DNA from: an uncultured Bacteroidia bacterium
GTDB lineage: Bacteria > Bacteroidota > Bacteroidia > NS11-12g > UBA955
Reading direction: 5' to 3'
Assembly: GCA_943789135.1 (NCBI GenBank)
Contig: CALSSY010000018.1
Coordinates: 15,908 to 79,907, forward strand
Length of the DNA: 64,000 nt
Shown here piece by piece: positions 20,892 through 31,490 of this stretch. How positions within the stretch are numbered: the stretch's first letter is position 1; each line of letters starts with the position of its first letter. The notes under the pieces were generated by a model. That model had not been told where the DNA came from, made no database searches, and saw nothing but the letters and a program-made list of their open reading frames with translations. The position numbers and the translations under genes are program-made.

Positions 20892-22361
20892 TTGAATACG
20901 GTGAAAAAGGGATATTTACTTTTCTGGATTTTTTTAACAATTCTCAGTTTTGATATCCATGCTCAATATTACACGCTTTCAAATAAACCTCAACTCACAC
21001 AAAAGAAGCATTTTTATCATACGGTTGTCGGGGAAAATGGATATGGAGTTTTCACTGTAAATTACACCAACGATTATTTTGCAGGAGGCTTTAGTATTGA
21101 GAGATACGACAGCGAGTTGGGGTTTCAAGAAGACCGGGTATTTAACTTGCCCAAAAATGCGTATGTCCTTGATTTTTATCTAACAGATTCTCAAATATGT
21201 TGGGTAAGTGTTGTTCGGAAAAGAAGGGAGAACCTTAGGCTCTATTTGAATACGGTTAATATTGATTTAACCGGAGAGGTGCATTCTGAATTTATAGGTA
21301 ATTTGCCAATTAAGAATTGGATTCCAGAGGATATCAAATTTTCTAAAGCATGGGAAAATTCTCAATGGGCGATAGCGATATTGCGAGAGGTGCAAGGTGA
21401 TCAGACAACTATTTGGACGCAAATTAGGGATGCCAAAGGAGCGATTATAAATCAATATACGGATACTTTAGATTCCAAATTGGCGTATGCTGCTTTTGGC
21501 AATTTTGAATTGAGCGAAAACGGAGAATTAATTGCTGTTGTGCGTATACTTAAACCCCGTTCTTTATTTGCAAGTTCTAATCGCGAACAACTTTACTTTT
21601 TTAGAGGAAGTAAAGTGGAATCTGGTTTCAGAGAATGGAATTTGAACGCTCAAGTTCAATCGACGGAAGTTGTTTATGATAGCAAGTGTGAAAGATGGCT
21701 TTTAGTTGCTTTAATAGGGGAGGGACCTAAAGAATCCTTGGGATATAGTTGGATTCAAATAGGAGATGGCCAAACAGGGTTTCAACAAGCTGATTTCGAA
21801 TTTTCAGATATGCAGGCGAAAATTTTAGACGGTGAAATCAAGGCGAAAAAACGTAAGAATCCTATGAATTACGTTTTAAGAAGGGTAGTTCCTAGACACG
21901 ATGGAGGTGCTTTGCTCTTGCTTGAAAGATATATTGAATTGAAGCAATTAGAAACCTATTACATAAATGGCATTCCCCAAACGGCTACGAAGGTGTTGTA
22001 CAATTACAATGAGATTGGAGTGCTTATGATAGATTCATCTGGTTTTTGTGATACCGCAATGCGCATCAATAAAGAACAAACAGCAGCTCCAGCCACGGCC
22101 TATTTATTGGGTTTTGGTTCATTCGTTTGTGAAGACGGCGTTCATCTGGTTTACAACGATGATATTTCCAAAAACAATGAAATCAAAGAGGTTATCATAA
22201 GGCCAGATGCTGAATTAGAAGAACATATTTTATTAAATTCAGATAATTTTTACAATGTTGTGGTACCGTTCGACGGTTTGGAATCGGAATATTGTACTTT
22301 TACACTCCCATTGTTGCGGGATAAACAATGGTTTTGGATGCAAGTAAAAAGCCGTGATTAA
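20892..22361 (+). CDS. Hypothetical exported protein
   Basis: 489 aa with a signal peptide (…LSFDIHAQ). I recognise no family motif. Confidence 0.55.
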   Translation: MNTVKKGYLLFWIFLTILSFDIHAQYYTLSNKPQLTQKKHFYHTVVGENGYGVFTVNYTNDYFAGGFSIERYDSELGFQEDRVFNLPKNAYVLDFYLTDSQICWVSVVRKRRENLRLYLNTVNIDLTGEVHSEFIGNLPIKNWIPEDIKFSKAWENSQWAIAILREVQGDQTTIWTQIRDAKGAIINQYTDTLDSKLAYAAFGNFELSENGELIAVVRILKPRSLFASSNREQLYFFRGSKVESGFREWNLNAQVQSTEVVYDSKCERWLLVALIGEGPKESLGYSWIQIGDGQTGFQQADFEFSDMQAKILDGEIKAKKRKNPMNYVLRRVVPRHDGGALLLLERYIELKQLETYYINGIPQTATKVLYNYNEIGVLMIDSSGFCDTAMRINKEQTAAPATAYLLGFGSFVCEDGVHLVYNDDISKNNEIKEVIIRPDAELEEHILLNSDNFYNVVVPFDGLESEYCTFTLPLLRDKQWFWMQVKSRD

Positions 22362-22381
22362 ATTCATCTACGATAACCGAA

Positions 22382-23384
22382 TTGTCCAGCTCTTTGCGCT
22401 CGATTTTAGGGCTGTTTATTTTTACGTGTTGGCTTGATATTTCAATTCACATCCAGTATTCGAGGATTTGTTACGTGGAACAACGCGGGATTTTTCGGCA
22501 TATAATGAATAGTGTGAGATTAACTATGTTCCGTGGTTGTCATTTTGGGTTGTCTACCGTCGTGTTGGTCGTATTTCATAGGCCTGCATTTTGGGTCAGA
22601 TCGTATTCTGAGTACAATATTGTTGATCGGACCTGGATATAGCATTCTATTCTTTTACGGGCTATTGAGCAGTCTCTGTTTGGTAGGAGCCCTCTTGCTG
22701 AATTACGTGACCTTGTAGGCGCTATTGTTTCTGTTGCTCGGGTTTTGGTACTTCTATACCGTTATCTGAAGGGAAGGTCAATACAAACGTGCTGGATTTG
22801 TTTGTTGACTGCACTTATTTATGGGAGTGGCCGCATTGAGTGTGCCCAGGAGTTCTTTTGGAGCATTGGTTTTCTCTAATCGTGCTCAGTCCTCATTGGT
22901 ATTTAAAACCACTCAAGCGGGAGAAGTATTTACCATTGTTTTTGGTATTTTAATCCCCTATTATCTCATTTCAAGTATTGGATATTTAGCCTCAACTGAG
23001 CTTAATTTCAAATCCATAATACAGTTATGGAACCTAAAATTGATGCAAGTAGAAATTGGAGCTTTCGATATTCCAAGTTTGGACTGGATTGTGATCGCAA
23101 ATCTTATGTTAATTGGCATTTTCGGTGCATTCAAGGTATTTGGAAATTATTACAGATATAACGTCGACGCTCGAAGAAGTCGTCTTGCTATGGGATTTAT
23201 TGCCATTTTTATTGTGCTTATTTATCTTTTAAAATATGAGCATTATAACGTGTTTTTTGTATTCATGAGCATGCCAATTGCGGTATATACAGCCAATCTT
23301 TTTCAAATAGAACGTCCATCTGTTTTATCTAGGTTGTTATTTTATATGTACGTTATAGGTCTTATTTCTTACGGTTTTATCTAG
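22382..23384 (+). pseudogene. Polytopic membrane protein, reading frame broken at least 3 times
   Basis: Hydrophobic ORF pieces 22382..22642, 22533..22718, a third-frame piece across 22700-22880, and 22821..23384 tile one roughly 330 aa membrane protein. Confidence 0.4.
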
Positions 23385-23398
23385 AAATTAGAACAAAA

Positions 23399-23998
23399 TT
23401 GAATTTTTCGGGTTATGCTATTGGTATGATTCATTACAAATTGCCGTTGGATATTTTTCGTTTACATATTTTCGCTTTATTGGTGTTTATGGCGAGTATT
23501 TCAAGCTCTTGCTCTCAAAATACGATTGAAGGTAAAGATAGTGCAGACGTGATGGTGAAAAAGGAAATTTCAAGTAATATGGAAGACAATACAAGTGTAT
23601 TTTCGATTGTGAAAACAGAAGAAGAATGGCGTAAAGCTCTAGGGCCAGAAGCGTATCGAGTTTTACGCGAAAAAGGAACAGAACGTCCTTACAGCAGCGA
23701 ATTTGAAACTACATGGGATGCCGGTATTTATGTTTGTAAAGGATGCGGTTCGGAATTATTTGAATCAAAAACAAAATTTGATGCAGGTTGTGGATGGCCT
23801 AGTTTTTATCAATCCATTGATAAAAAAGCCGTAAAGGAAATTTTAGACAAAAGCCATGGAATGATAAGAACCGAAGTGGTTTGTGCGTCTTGTGGGGGTC
23901 ACTTGGGCCATGTGTTTAATGATGGCTACGATCAACCAACAGGACTAAGATATTGCATCAATGGAGTATCTTTAGGGTTCAAGAAAAAAGAGGATTAA
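23399..23998 (+). CDS. msrB: Peptide-methionine (R)-S-oxide reductase MsrB with an N-terminal lipoprotein-type signal
   Basis: SelR domain with two CxxC pairs ([24 protein letters not shown]) and GCGWPSF. The N-terminus ends in …ISSSC. Confidence 0.85.
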   Translation: MNFSGYAIGMIHYKLPLDIFRLHIFALLVFMASISSSCSQNTIEGKDSADVMVKKEISSNMEDNTSVFSIVKTEEEWRKALGPEAYRVLREKGTERPYSSEFETTWDAGIYVCKGCGSELFESKTKFDAGCGWPSFYQSIDKKAVKEILDKSHGMIRTEVVCASCGGHLGHVFNDGYDQPTGLRYCINGVSLGFKKKED

Positions 23999-24041
23999 AT
24001 TCGCTTCTAAGCTGCGATTTTTTGTAACTTGCTACTCTTAA

Positions 24042-26829
24042 ATGAGCGGCAATAAATTATATTTACTCGACGGAATGGCCTTGATTTATAGGGCCTTTTT
24101 TGCTTTTGCAAAAAATCCAAGAATCACAAGCAAAGGCTTGAATGCTAGTGCTATGTTTGGATTTACCAATACCCTATTGGATATCTTAAACAAACAAAAT
24201 CCAAGTCATATAGCCGTGGTTTTTGATACGGATAAACCTACCCAAAGGCATATCGAGTTTGAAGCGTATAAAGCACACCGAGAACCCATGCCAGAAGATT
24301 TAAGGAAGAGTATTCCTTACATATTTGAAATACTTGGTGGATTTCAAATTCCGGTATTAACCATGGATGGTTACGAAGCGGATGATATTATCGGAACCTT
24401 AGCATGGCAGGCAAAAGATATGGAGGTGTTTATGATGACACCCGATAAAGACTTTGGCCAATTGGTTAAAGAAAACGTTCATATCTACAAACCTGGAAGA
24501 ATGGGGAATCCGGATGAAATTTTAGGAGTTGCGGAAATTTTAAAAAAATGGGAAATCAATCGAGTAGATCAAGTGATTGATATTTTAGGTTTATGGGGTG
24601 ATGCAGCTGATAACATTCCGGGTGTTCCCGGCGTTGGAGAAAAGACAGCAAAAAAACTGATTCAAGAGTACGACAATATCGAGGGCGTCTTAGCCCATAC
24701 GGATGAGTTGAAGGGTAAAATGAAGGAGAAGTTTGTCGAATTTGCTGAGCAAGCAAGGGTTAGCAGACGCCTAGCGACTATCGATACGATGGTGCCTATA
24801 AACACAGAAATAGATTCCCTAATTCGGAAAGAACCCGATGCAGACCGTTTAAAGGCTGTATTTCAAGAATTAGAATTCAGAACATTGACTAACCGCGTAT
24901 TTGGTGCTGGATCGGCCACGGCGGCATCCGTTCCTTCGGTTTCTGCTTCGGGTCAAACCGATTTGTTCGGAACAGGAGCAGCATTGAACGAAGAAGTTTT
25001 AGTAGAAACACCATCCTATAAAACCATTGACGATATACCTCATTCTTATAGGTCTATTTTGACTAGTGAAGAGATTAAGGCTGTTGTGGAGGAAGCCATG
25101 AATTTTGATGCGGTATGTTTTGATACAGAAACGACAGCTTTAGACCCTTTCGCTGCTGAGTTAGTTGGCGTTTCATTAACATGGCAAGCGCATCAAGGTG
25201 TATATATCCCTATCGATATGGATTTTGAGAAAGCCCAATCACAGATTGGATTATTACAGCCCTTATTTGCTTCAAATAAGTTGAAAATTGCGCAAAACTT
25301 AAAATTTGATTTGGGTATTTTACAAAAATACGGCCTTAAAATAGAAGGTCCTTTTTTTGATACGATGCTGGCGCACTATTTGATTGAGCCCGATCAACGC
25401 CATAATATGAAGGTATTGTGCGAGCAGTATTTATCGTATTCGCCAATTCCAATTGAACGTTTGATAGGAGAAAAAGGCAAGAAACAGGGTTCAATGCGCG
25501 ATGTTTCTTTGGAGGATATTACCCAATATGCCGCGGAAGATACCGATGTTACGTTTCAGTTATTCAGCATATTGCAAAAAGAACTTCAAGATAAATCATT
25601 AAAGAGTGTATTTGAAAATATAGAGGTCCCATTGGTATCTGTTTTGAACGACATGGAACACGAAGGTGTTTGTGTGGATGTGCCTTTTTTGAATGCGTAT
25701 AGCAAAGAATTACAAGAACAGGTACTTAATGCGCAAAATAGCATTTTTGAGTCTGCCGGTGTAGAATTCAATATTGCCTCACCACAACAAGTGGGTAAGG
25801 TTTTATTTGAACATTTGAAGTTGAGCGATAAACCTAAAAAAACAAAAACAGGGCAGTATCAAACCGACGAAGAGACATTGCAATCACTTCATGGTAAACA
25901 CCTCATGCGTAGATCATATTTTACAGTTTCGTACCTTACAAAAGCTCAAGAGCACATACGTAGATGCCCTTCCAGAAATGGTAAATGCACATACGGGTAG
26001 GGTGCATACCAGTTTTAACCAAGCAGTAGCCGCAACAGGTCGATTGAGTTCTCAAAATCCGAATTTGCAGAATATTCCCATTCGTACGGATTTAGGACGT
26101 GAGATTCGTAAAGCTTTTGTGCCTTCCGATACAGATAGGGTATTATTAAGTTCGGATTATTCCCAAATTGAATTGCGCATTATTGCGCATATTTCAAAAG
26201 ATCCAGGCATGATTGAAGCCTTCAAGCAAGGAATTGACATTCATACGGCAACGGCGTCAAAAGTATGGGGTGTGCCCATTGAAGAAGTGGATAAGGATAT
26301 GCGTCGAAAGGCCAAGACCGTGAATTTTGGTATTATCTATGGCATTTCCGCATTTGGTTTGAGTCAGAGGGTTGGAATACCGCGATTTGAAGCAAAGGAA
26401 ATAATTGACAATTATTTTGCGCAGTTCCCAGGGATTAAAAAGTATATGGATGATACCATTGCATTCGCGCGTGATAACGGTTATGTTGAAACCATTTCTG
26501 GCAGAAGAAGAAATCTCCGAGATATAAATAGCAGAAATGCCAATATTAGAGGTTTTGCCGAGAGGAATGCCATAAATGCACCTATCCAAGGAAGTGCAGC
26601 CGATATGATCAAAATTGCTATGATAAACATTGCAGATTGGTTAAAATCAACCGATTTAAAAACCCAAATGATATTACAAGTGCACGACGAATTGTTGTTT
26701 GATGTTCCTAAAAATGAATTGGAAACGGTTCAATCAAAAGTCAAAGAGATCATGGAGGGAGCTATGGTATTAGACGTTCCGGTTTTAGTAGAGTCAGGAA
26801 CCGGTGCCAATTGGTTAGAGGCCCATTAA
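24042..26829 (+). pseudogene. polA: DNA polymerase I, split by one frame break near 25901-25910
   Basis: ORF 24042..26000 carries the 5'-nuclease and 3'-5' exo domains (CFDTETT). ORF 25891..26829 carries the polymerase motifs (DYSQIELRI, QVHDEL). The junction reads …LHGKH…VDHILQFRTLQKLKSTYVD. Confidence 0.9.
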
Positions 26830-28826
26830 TTCCAAAAATGCCAAACAAATCCGAAGCGAAATCTATCGGGTTGAATGGGATAATTCAATGTGCTTTCATA
26901 TCGCGAATTGGCAAATGGAAGTACCCACCAATTATTGAGATGTTCGTATTTCAAGAAGAAATCTACGGTTTGGATTCGGCCGCTGAAATAAACATCCAGT
27001 ATGGGATAATTTCCTAGGTTGATAGCATCGGAATTTGCGTAGAATTGTCGATTATCACTGCGATATTGGAAAGCCAGATAGTTAGAGCTGTAGTTGGCGT
27101 CAAACCCAATTCGATAAATAAGTGCCTTTGAGAACGCATTGTTTTGATAGCTCAATCCGAGTCTTGAAAACAATACCGGAAGCCCCAAGTTGTTCCATTC
27201 TGCCGCGTTGTTTTTTTGTACGTGAATGGAACTCACAATCATCCAATGGTTTGTTCCCGAATATCGCCAATTAAGCGAACTCTGTATGTATTGATAAGGT
27301 TGTAATATTGTGGGAGTGGGTCCCTGCCAAGATCGAATAACGCCCTGCATACTTCCAATTTGAATTCCCATTAAGAAATCCATTTTTTGACTATGGTATC
27401 CGTATTGGCTGCTAATTTCATTTTGAATTATACGGTGTTCTGGGTCAACGTTTCCTCTAAAATCAAAATGATTACTCAGGTAGTAGGACTGAAATAGATT
27501 CGGAGATTGTTGTTTATTAGAAAATTTAAGCTCAACGAAGGATGAATCGCTCCAGCGATGTTGCCCAGTAAGAATGAGATTTCGATTGTTTTTTAAGTAA
27601 CCCGTTCCCATTTGAGAAACATCAAGTTGAAGAAACTCGTTATTTCTTTTCCATTGACCGAGAATGTTAATTCCATTTGAGGTTTCCCAGACAGACTGCC
27701 TAATTGTATCGTTTATTTGCGAACGTAAATGCGCATATTCCAATCTGTAACCCAATTCCAATTTAAAGATGCCCAAGGTTTGGGTATCTTGGAAACCCCA
27801 TCCGAGTTGTTGAATACCTGATTTTAAAGAGGTGCTATCGTCGATTTTTGTCGCCGTGTAGTTATACGCGGCCCCATAATACATTGAATCTCGACTTTTA
27901 TCGAAGTAGGTAAAGCGCTCGTTTTGATAACGTAGCTCCTGCCATATGTAATGTTTCTTGTCCTCTTTCAAGAAATACCGGTGTTTAAATTGGTGAATTG
28001 TTTGAGAAAGAAAAGATTCCGCACCGTTTAATGTAGGAACATAAATTCCAAAATTTCTAATGATTGGTTTATCCGAAATATTTTGAGTTGTTCCGTAGAA
28101 TAAAGTATCATTTACGAATCCTCCATTTTCGATACGTCTATTTCGGTTCCAGGACAAAATAAATTGCTGCTCATAGCGACCATCTATGGAACTGAAATCA
28201 CTGCCGAATCCGATATTTCGCATTAGATTATCTTGTGAAGCACCGGTATACATGTCTTCATTCAGAACAGACCGATAATTTAACGTAATGTTCCACGTAG
28301 GCGAAAAGTTCTGAGTATGTAGCGCTTCTAGACCCGTGTATGAACCTGCCCCTTGTGAATATTGAAAACGCGTGTAAGCTTGTCCTACTTCATGAAAATT
28401 GAAATTATCGGGAGTTATCAAATAGGCGTCTCCTAATGGAAGGCCAAGAGTAAAACCGCCTTTATAAATCTGGTGGTTTAGATTAAATTGTGGAGAACCC
28501 GGTGCGCCTAGGTTATTTACCAGTACTGCACTTCTTTGATCGGGGGTATAACGATGATTTAGCAGTAATTGGCTATCTATAAATCGCAACGTGTCTGTTC
28601 GATTCCAAAATTGCAAAGCCGAAACTTGCTTTGGAAATTTCCTAGGTTTCAATACGGGTTTTTCGCTGCTGTCTTTTTGGGTTGTATCTTTCCCTTGTGC
28701 GTTGGAAATTCCCAAGCCCGACAAACCACCTAAAGGCAAGGTTTGGGCCTTCAATGGTAGGTTAAAAGCAATGAGTAAGCAACTTGCCCACGTCAAAAAG
28801 ACTTTATGGATTCTTGAATTCAACAA
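26826..28826 (-). CDS. Large outer-membrane beta-barrel protein (Bacteroidota 'putative porin'-like)
   Basis: 666 aa with a signal peptide, abundant Y/F/W-G alternation, and a C-terminal aromatic end (…FGFVWHFWN). Confidence 0.55.
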   Translation of the reverse strand: MLNSRIHKVFLTWASCLLIAFNLPLKAQTLPLGGLSGLGISNAQGKDTTQKDSSEKPVLKPRKFPKQVSALQFWNRTDTLRFIDSQLLLNHRYTPDQRSAVLVNNLGAPGSPQFNLNHQIYKGGFTLGLPLGDAYLITPDNFNFHEVGQAYTRFQYSQGAGSYTGLEALHTQNFSPTWNITLNYRSVLNEDMYTGASQDNLMRNIGFGSDFSSIDGRYEQQFILSWNRNRRIENGGFVNDTLFYGTTQNISDKPIIRNFGIYVPTLNGAESFLSQTIHQFKHRYFLKEDKKHYIWQELRYQNERFTYFDKSRDSMYYGAAYNYTATKIDDSTSLKSGIQQLGWGFQDTQTLGIFKLELGYRLEYAHLRSQINDTIRQSVWETSNGINILGQWKRNNEFLQLDVSQMGTGYLKNNRNLILTGQHRWSDSSFVELKFSNKQQSPNLFQSYYLSNHFDFRGNVDPEHRIIQNEISSQYGYHSQKMDFLMGIQIGSMQGVIRSWQGPTPTILQPYQYIQSSLNWRYSGTNHWMIVSSIHVQKNNAAEWNNLGLPVLFSRLGLSYQNNAFSKALIYRIGFDANYSSNYLAFQYRSDNRQFYANSDAINLGNYPILDVYFSGRIQTVDFFLKYEHLNNWWVLPFANSRYESTLNYPIQPDRFRFGFVWHFWN

Positions 28827-28838
28827 GCAATTGCAAAA

Positions 28839-29363
28839 ATGCGCATAAAAAACGACAGCCGAATGGAATTTTTGATGAAAGCGGATCGAAATGCCTTAAT
28901 AGGTAAGTATCTTTGGTCGATGTCGTCCTGGGTTTTGCGAATTTCCATTTTTCTATGGTCTTCCTCTAAATTTTTGGTTGGAACAGGCATGGCCTTGGCT
29001 TTTTTATCCCCTCTGGAGGGGATTTTTTGGTGTGTTATTGGTGGAGTGAGTGGTTGTTTTGTTTGGATTTTCGGAGGGAGTAAGCTTTTAGATTTTTGGA
29101 AGAAATACGTTAGAAAAGGTAAAAAAAGGCGCGTTTTCTCTAGAAATAATAGATTTCTCGTAAAACTTAGATTAAAAGGAGGACTTTGGCTAGTTGCCTT
29201 CTTAACACCTATGATTTTAAGTATTCCAGTTGGTTGCTTATTTGCAACAACATTCGAAACAAATCCCTATAAGGTATTGCGTATTCAATCCTTATCCGTT
29301 TTAATATGGTCGGTTGCCATTTTCGGATTCAAAGCTGTTTCTCAATTTTTTATGGGCACCTAA
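28839..29363 (+). CDS. Small polytopic inner-membrane protein
   Basis: 174 aa with about 4 hydrophobic helices and a basic loop (KKYVRKGKKRR). The start codon is uncertain. Confidence 0.45.
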   Translation: MRIKNDSRMEFLMKADRNALIGKYLWSMSSWVLRISIFLWSSSKFLVGTGMALAFLSPLEGIFWCVIGGVSGCFVWIFGGSKLLDFWKKYVRKGKKRRVFSRNNRFLVKLRLKGGLWLVAFLTPMILSIPVGCLFATTFETNPYKVLRIQSLSVLIWSVAIFGFKAVSQFFMGT

Positions 29364-29435
29364 GCTCATATTCTGTGTAAAAATTGCAGGGTATTTACTT
29401 TATAACGTTGGAAATGTTGTAATTTTCCGAAGTAT

Positions 29436-31490
29436 ATGATTGACTTAAGGATGCGCAAGTTTTGGTATATTTTGATGGTATTCATAATTGGACTTGGCGC
29501 TTGCAAACGAAATTCGGTTTCATGGGATGTAGATCAAACAATACCCTTGTTTCACTCAAGCTTTTCTTTGAACGACGTTGATACCAAATATTTGAAATAC
29601 GGGGTTTCGGATTCTGGATATAGATTGGAATATGAAAATACCCTATACTCATATAAAATTAACGACTTGCAAGTAAGCGACACAGGTATAGACGCCTCGT
29701 TCAATTTAAGAAAATTAAGATTGAACGATCAAGTGATTAATAACACCGTTACCCTAGGAGAAATCAATCCATTATTTAAGGTTCTCGATGGTCAAACTAC
29801 AGATATTCCGGCCCAACAACAGTCCGATTTAGAGCCAACAGATATCGATGCCTCTGAATTCTTCGAAACGGCGACTCTAGATACTGGATATTTGGATATA
29901 GGTATTACCAATGATTTACCCGTAAATATTCAACTGATTGTTTTTGAATTGAGAAATTCAGATGATAATACCCTGGTTGCATCCGATTCATTTAAGAACA
30001 TTGTGAAAAATGGAGGATCTGAAACGAAAACAATTGATTTGGCGGGAAAAACGGTTACTAAAAATTTAAAAGGGGTTATTAAGAGATTGGAAACCGAAGC
30101 AAGCGGAGGACCTGTTTTAATAGAAGCAAATAAAGGGCTTACCGTTACTTTAGGAGTAAGAAATCTTCGACCCAGTTATGCGATTGCGGCATTCCCCTCT
30201 CAAGATGTTATAGATCAGGATGAGGGTTTAACATTGGACATGAACGGGGCCGAAATCAAATATTTTAAAGTACGAAGCGGCCGTTTGCGAATTAAGGTAA
30301 TCAGCACCATTCAAGAGGATATGAGTATGGTATTGTCATTGCCAGGTACTACCAAAGATGGCAGCGCATTTTATCAAGAATTATCCTTACCAGGACCGGC
30401 TGGTGTGGGTGTTGCGACCACCGAACAGATTTATGATATGAGTGGTTATATTCTTGATTTTAGAGGCAAAAATCCTGATGTGACTGACACCGTGAATACG
30501 TTTCATCAAATTTTGCGTGTTACCCTTGATAGCAGCGGTAGAAAATTGGCCGTTGGGTTAAAAGACAGCATTCGATTGGAATACAGATTAGAAGGTCTGA
30601 AGCCGGAATATGCTATTGGATATTTAGGTAACACCATTGACAGAACGGGTATGGATACCACAGATTTTGATTTATTCAAAGGATTAGATGGTGATTTAAC
30701 CTTCAAAGATGTTAAACTAGACTTTATTTTTAGAAATAGTATCGGTGCAGAAGGAAGATTAAAATTGCATCACTTAAAGGGTCAGAACATTTTCAATGGA
30801 CGTTCAGAAATTTTAGATGCCGATCCATTAAAGAATTACATCACGGTTCCAAAACCGGAATTTAAGAGGGATGCTTACACAGAAACATCATTTTCTTTGG
30901 GCACAGCCAATTCTAATATTAAATCCTTTTTAGAAGTATTGCCTCAGAAACTGGAATACGATTTGGAAACGGAGGTTTCACCCGGCGGTAACATTAATAA
31001 CTATCAGGATTTCATTTTCGATAATTCAAAATTGGACGTAATCATGCGCATGGATGTGCCCATTTCTTTCGAATTTGGCGGATTGATTTTGCGTGATACT
31101 CAAGCTGTGAATTTTGCTGAATTAGGCGATATGAGCCGGGTAAAAAGTGCCACGTTGTTTTTGGATATTATGAATTATTTCCCACTAGATTTTGATTTAG
31201 ATTTTCAACTATTTGATAAGAATTTTAATTCTTTGGGATATTTTGATGTTTCTCCAGAGGGAGGTGTACAACGAGGCAGTTTTGATGCGAACGGAAGAGT
31301 GATTCAAGCTTCTGAAGTTCCCTTGCGAATACAATTGCCTCGCGAGAAGGTGAGCGCACTTGTTAAAACCCAGTACATTGGAATTATAATGAAGGTTAAA
31401 GGTACCGGGCAAATGCAAAAGATATACGGAAATAGCAAGTTAGATCTGAGAGCAAAAGTGCAATTTGAATATGAAATGCGTAATGATTAA
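29436..31490 (+). CDS. Hypothetical lipoprotein
   Basis: 684 aa. The likely start is M at 29451 (MRKFWYILMVFIIGLGAC, lipobox-like). No recognisable catalytic motifs. Confidence 0.55.
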   Translation: MIDLRMRKFWYILMVFIIGLGACKRNSVSWDVDQTIPLFHSSFSLNDVDTKYLKYGVSDSGYRLEYENTLYSYKINDLQVSDTGIDASFNLRKLRLNDQVINNTVTLGEINPLFKVLDGQTTDIPAQQQSDLEPTDIDASEFFETATLDTGYLDIGITNDLPVNIQLIVFELRNSDDNTLVASDSFKNIVKNGGSETKTIDLAGKTVTKNLKGVIKRLETEASGGPVLIEANKGLTVTLGVRNLRPSYAIAAFPSQDVIDQDEGLTLDMNGAEIKYFKVRSGRLRIKVISTIQEDMSMVLSLPGTTKDGSAFYQELSLPGPAGVGVATTEQIYDMSGYILDFRGKNPDVTDTVNTFHQILRVTLDSSGRKLAVGLKDSIRLEYRLEGLKPEYAIGYLGNTIDRTGMDTTDFDLFKGLDGDLTFKDVKLDFIFRNSIGAEGRLKLHHLKGQNIFNGRSEILDADPLKNYITVPKPEFKRDAYTETSFSLGTANSNIKSFLEVLPQKLEYDLETEVSPGGNINNYQDFIFDNSKLDVIMRMDVPISFEFGGLILRDTQAVNFAELGDMSRVKSATLFLDIMNYFPLDFDLDFQLFDKNFNSLGYFDVSPEGGVQRGSFDANGRVIQASEVPLRIQLPREKVSALVKTQYIGIIMKVKGTGQMQKIYGNSKLDLRAKVQFEYEMRND

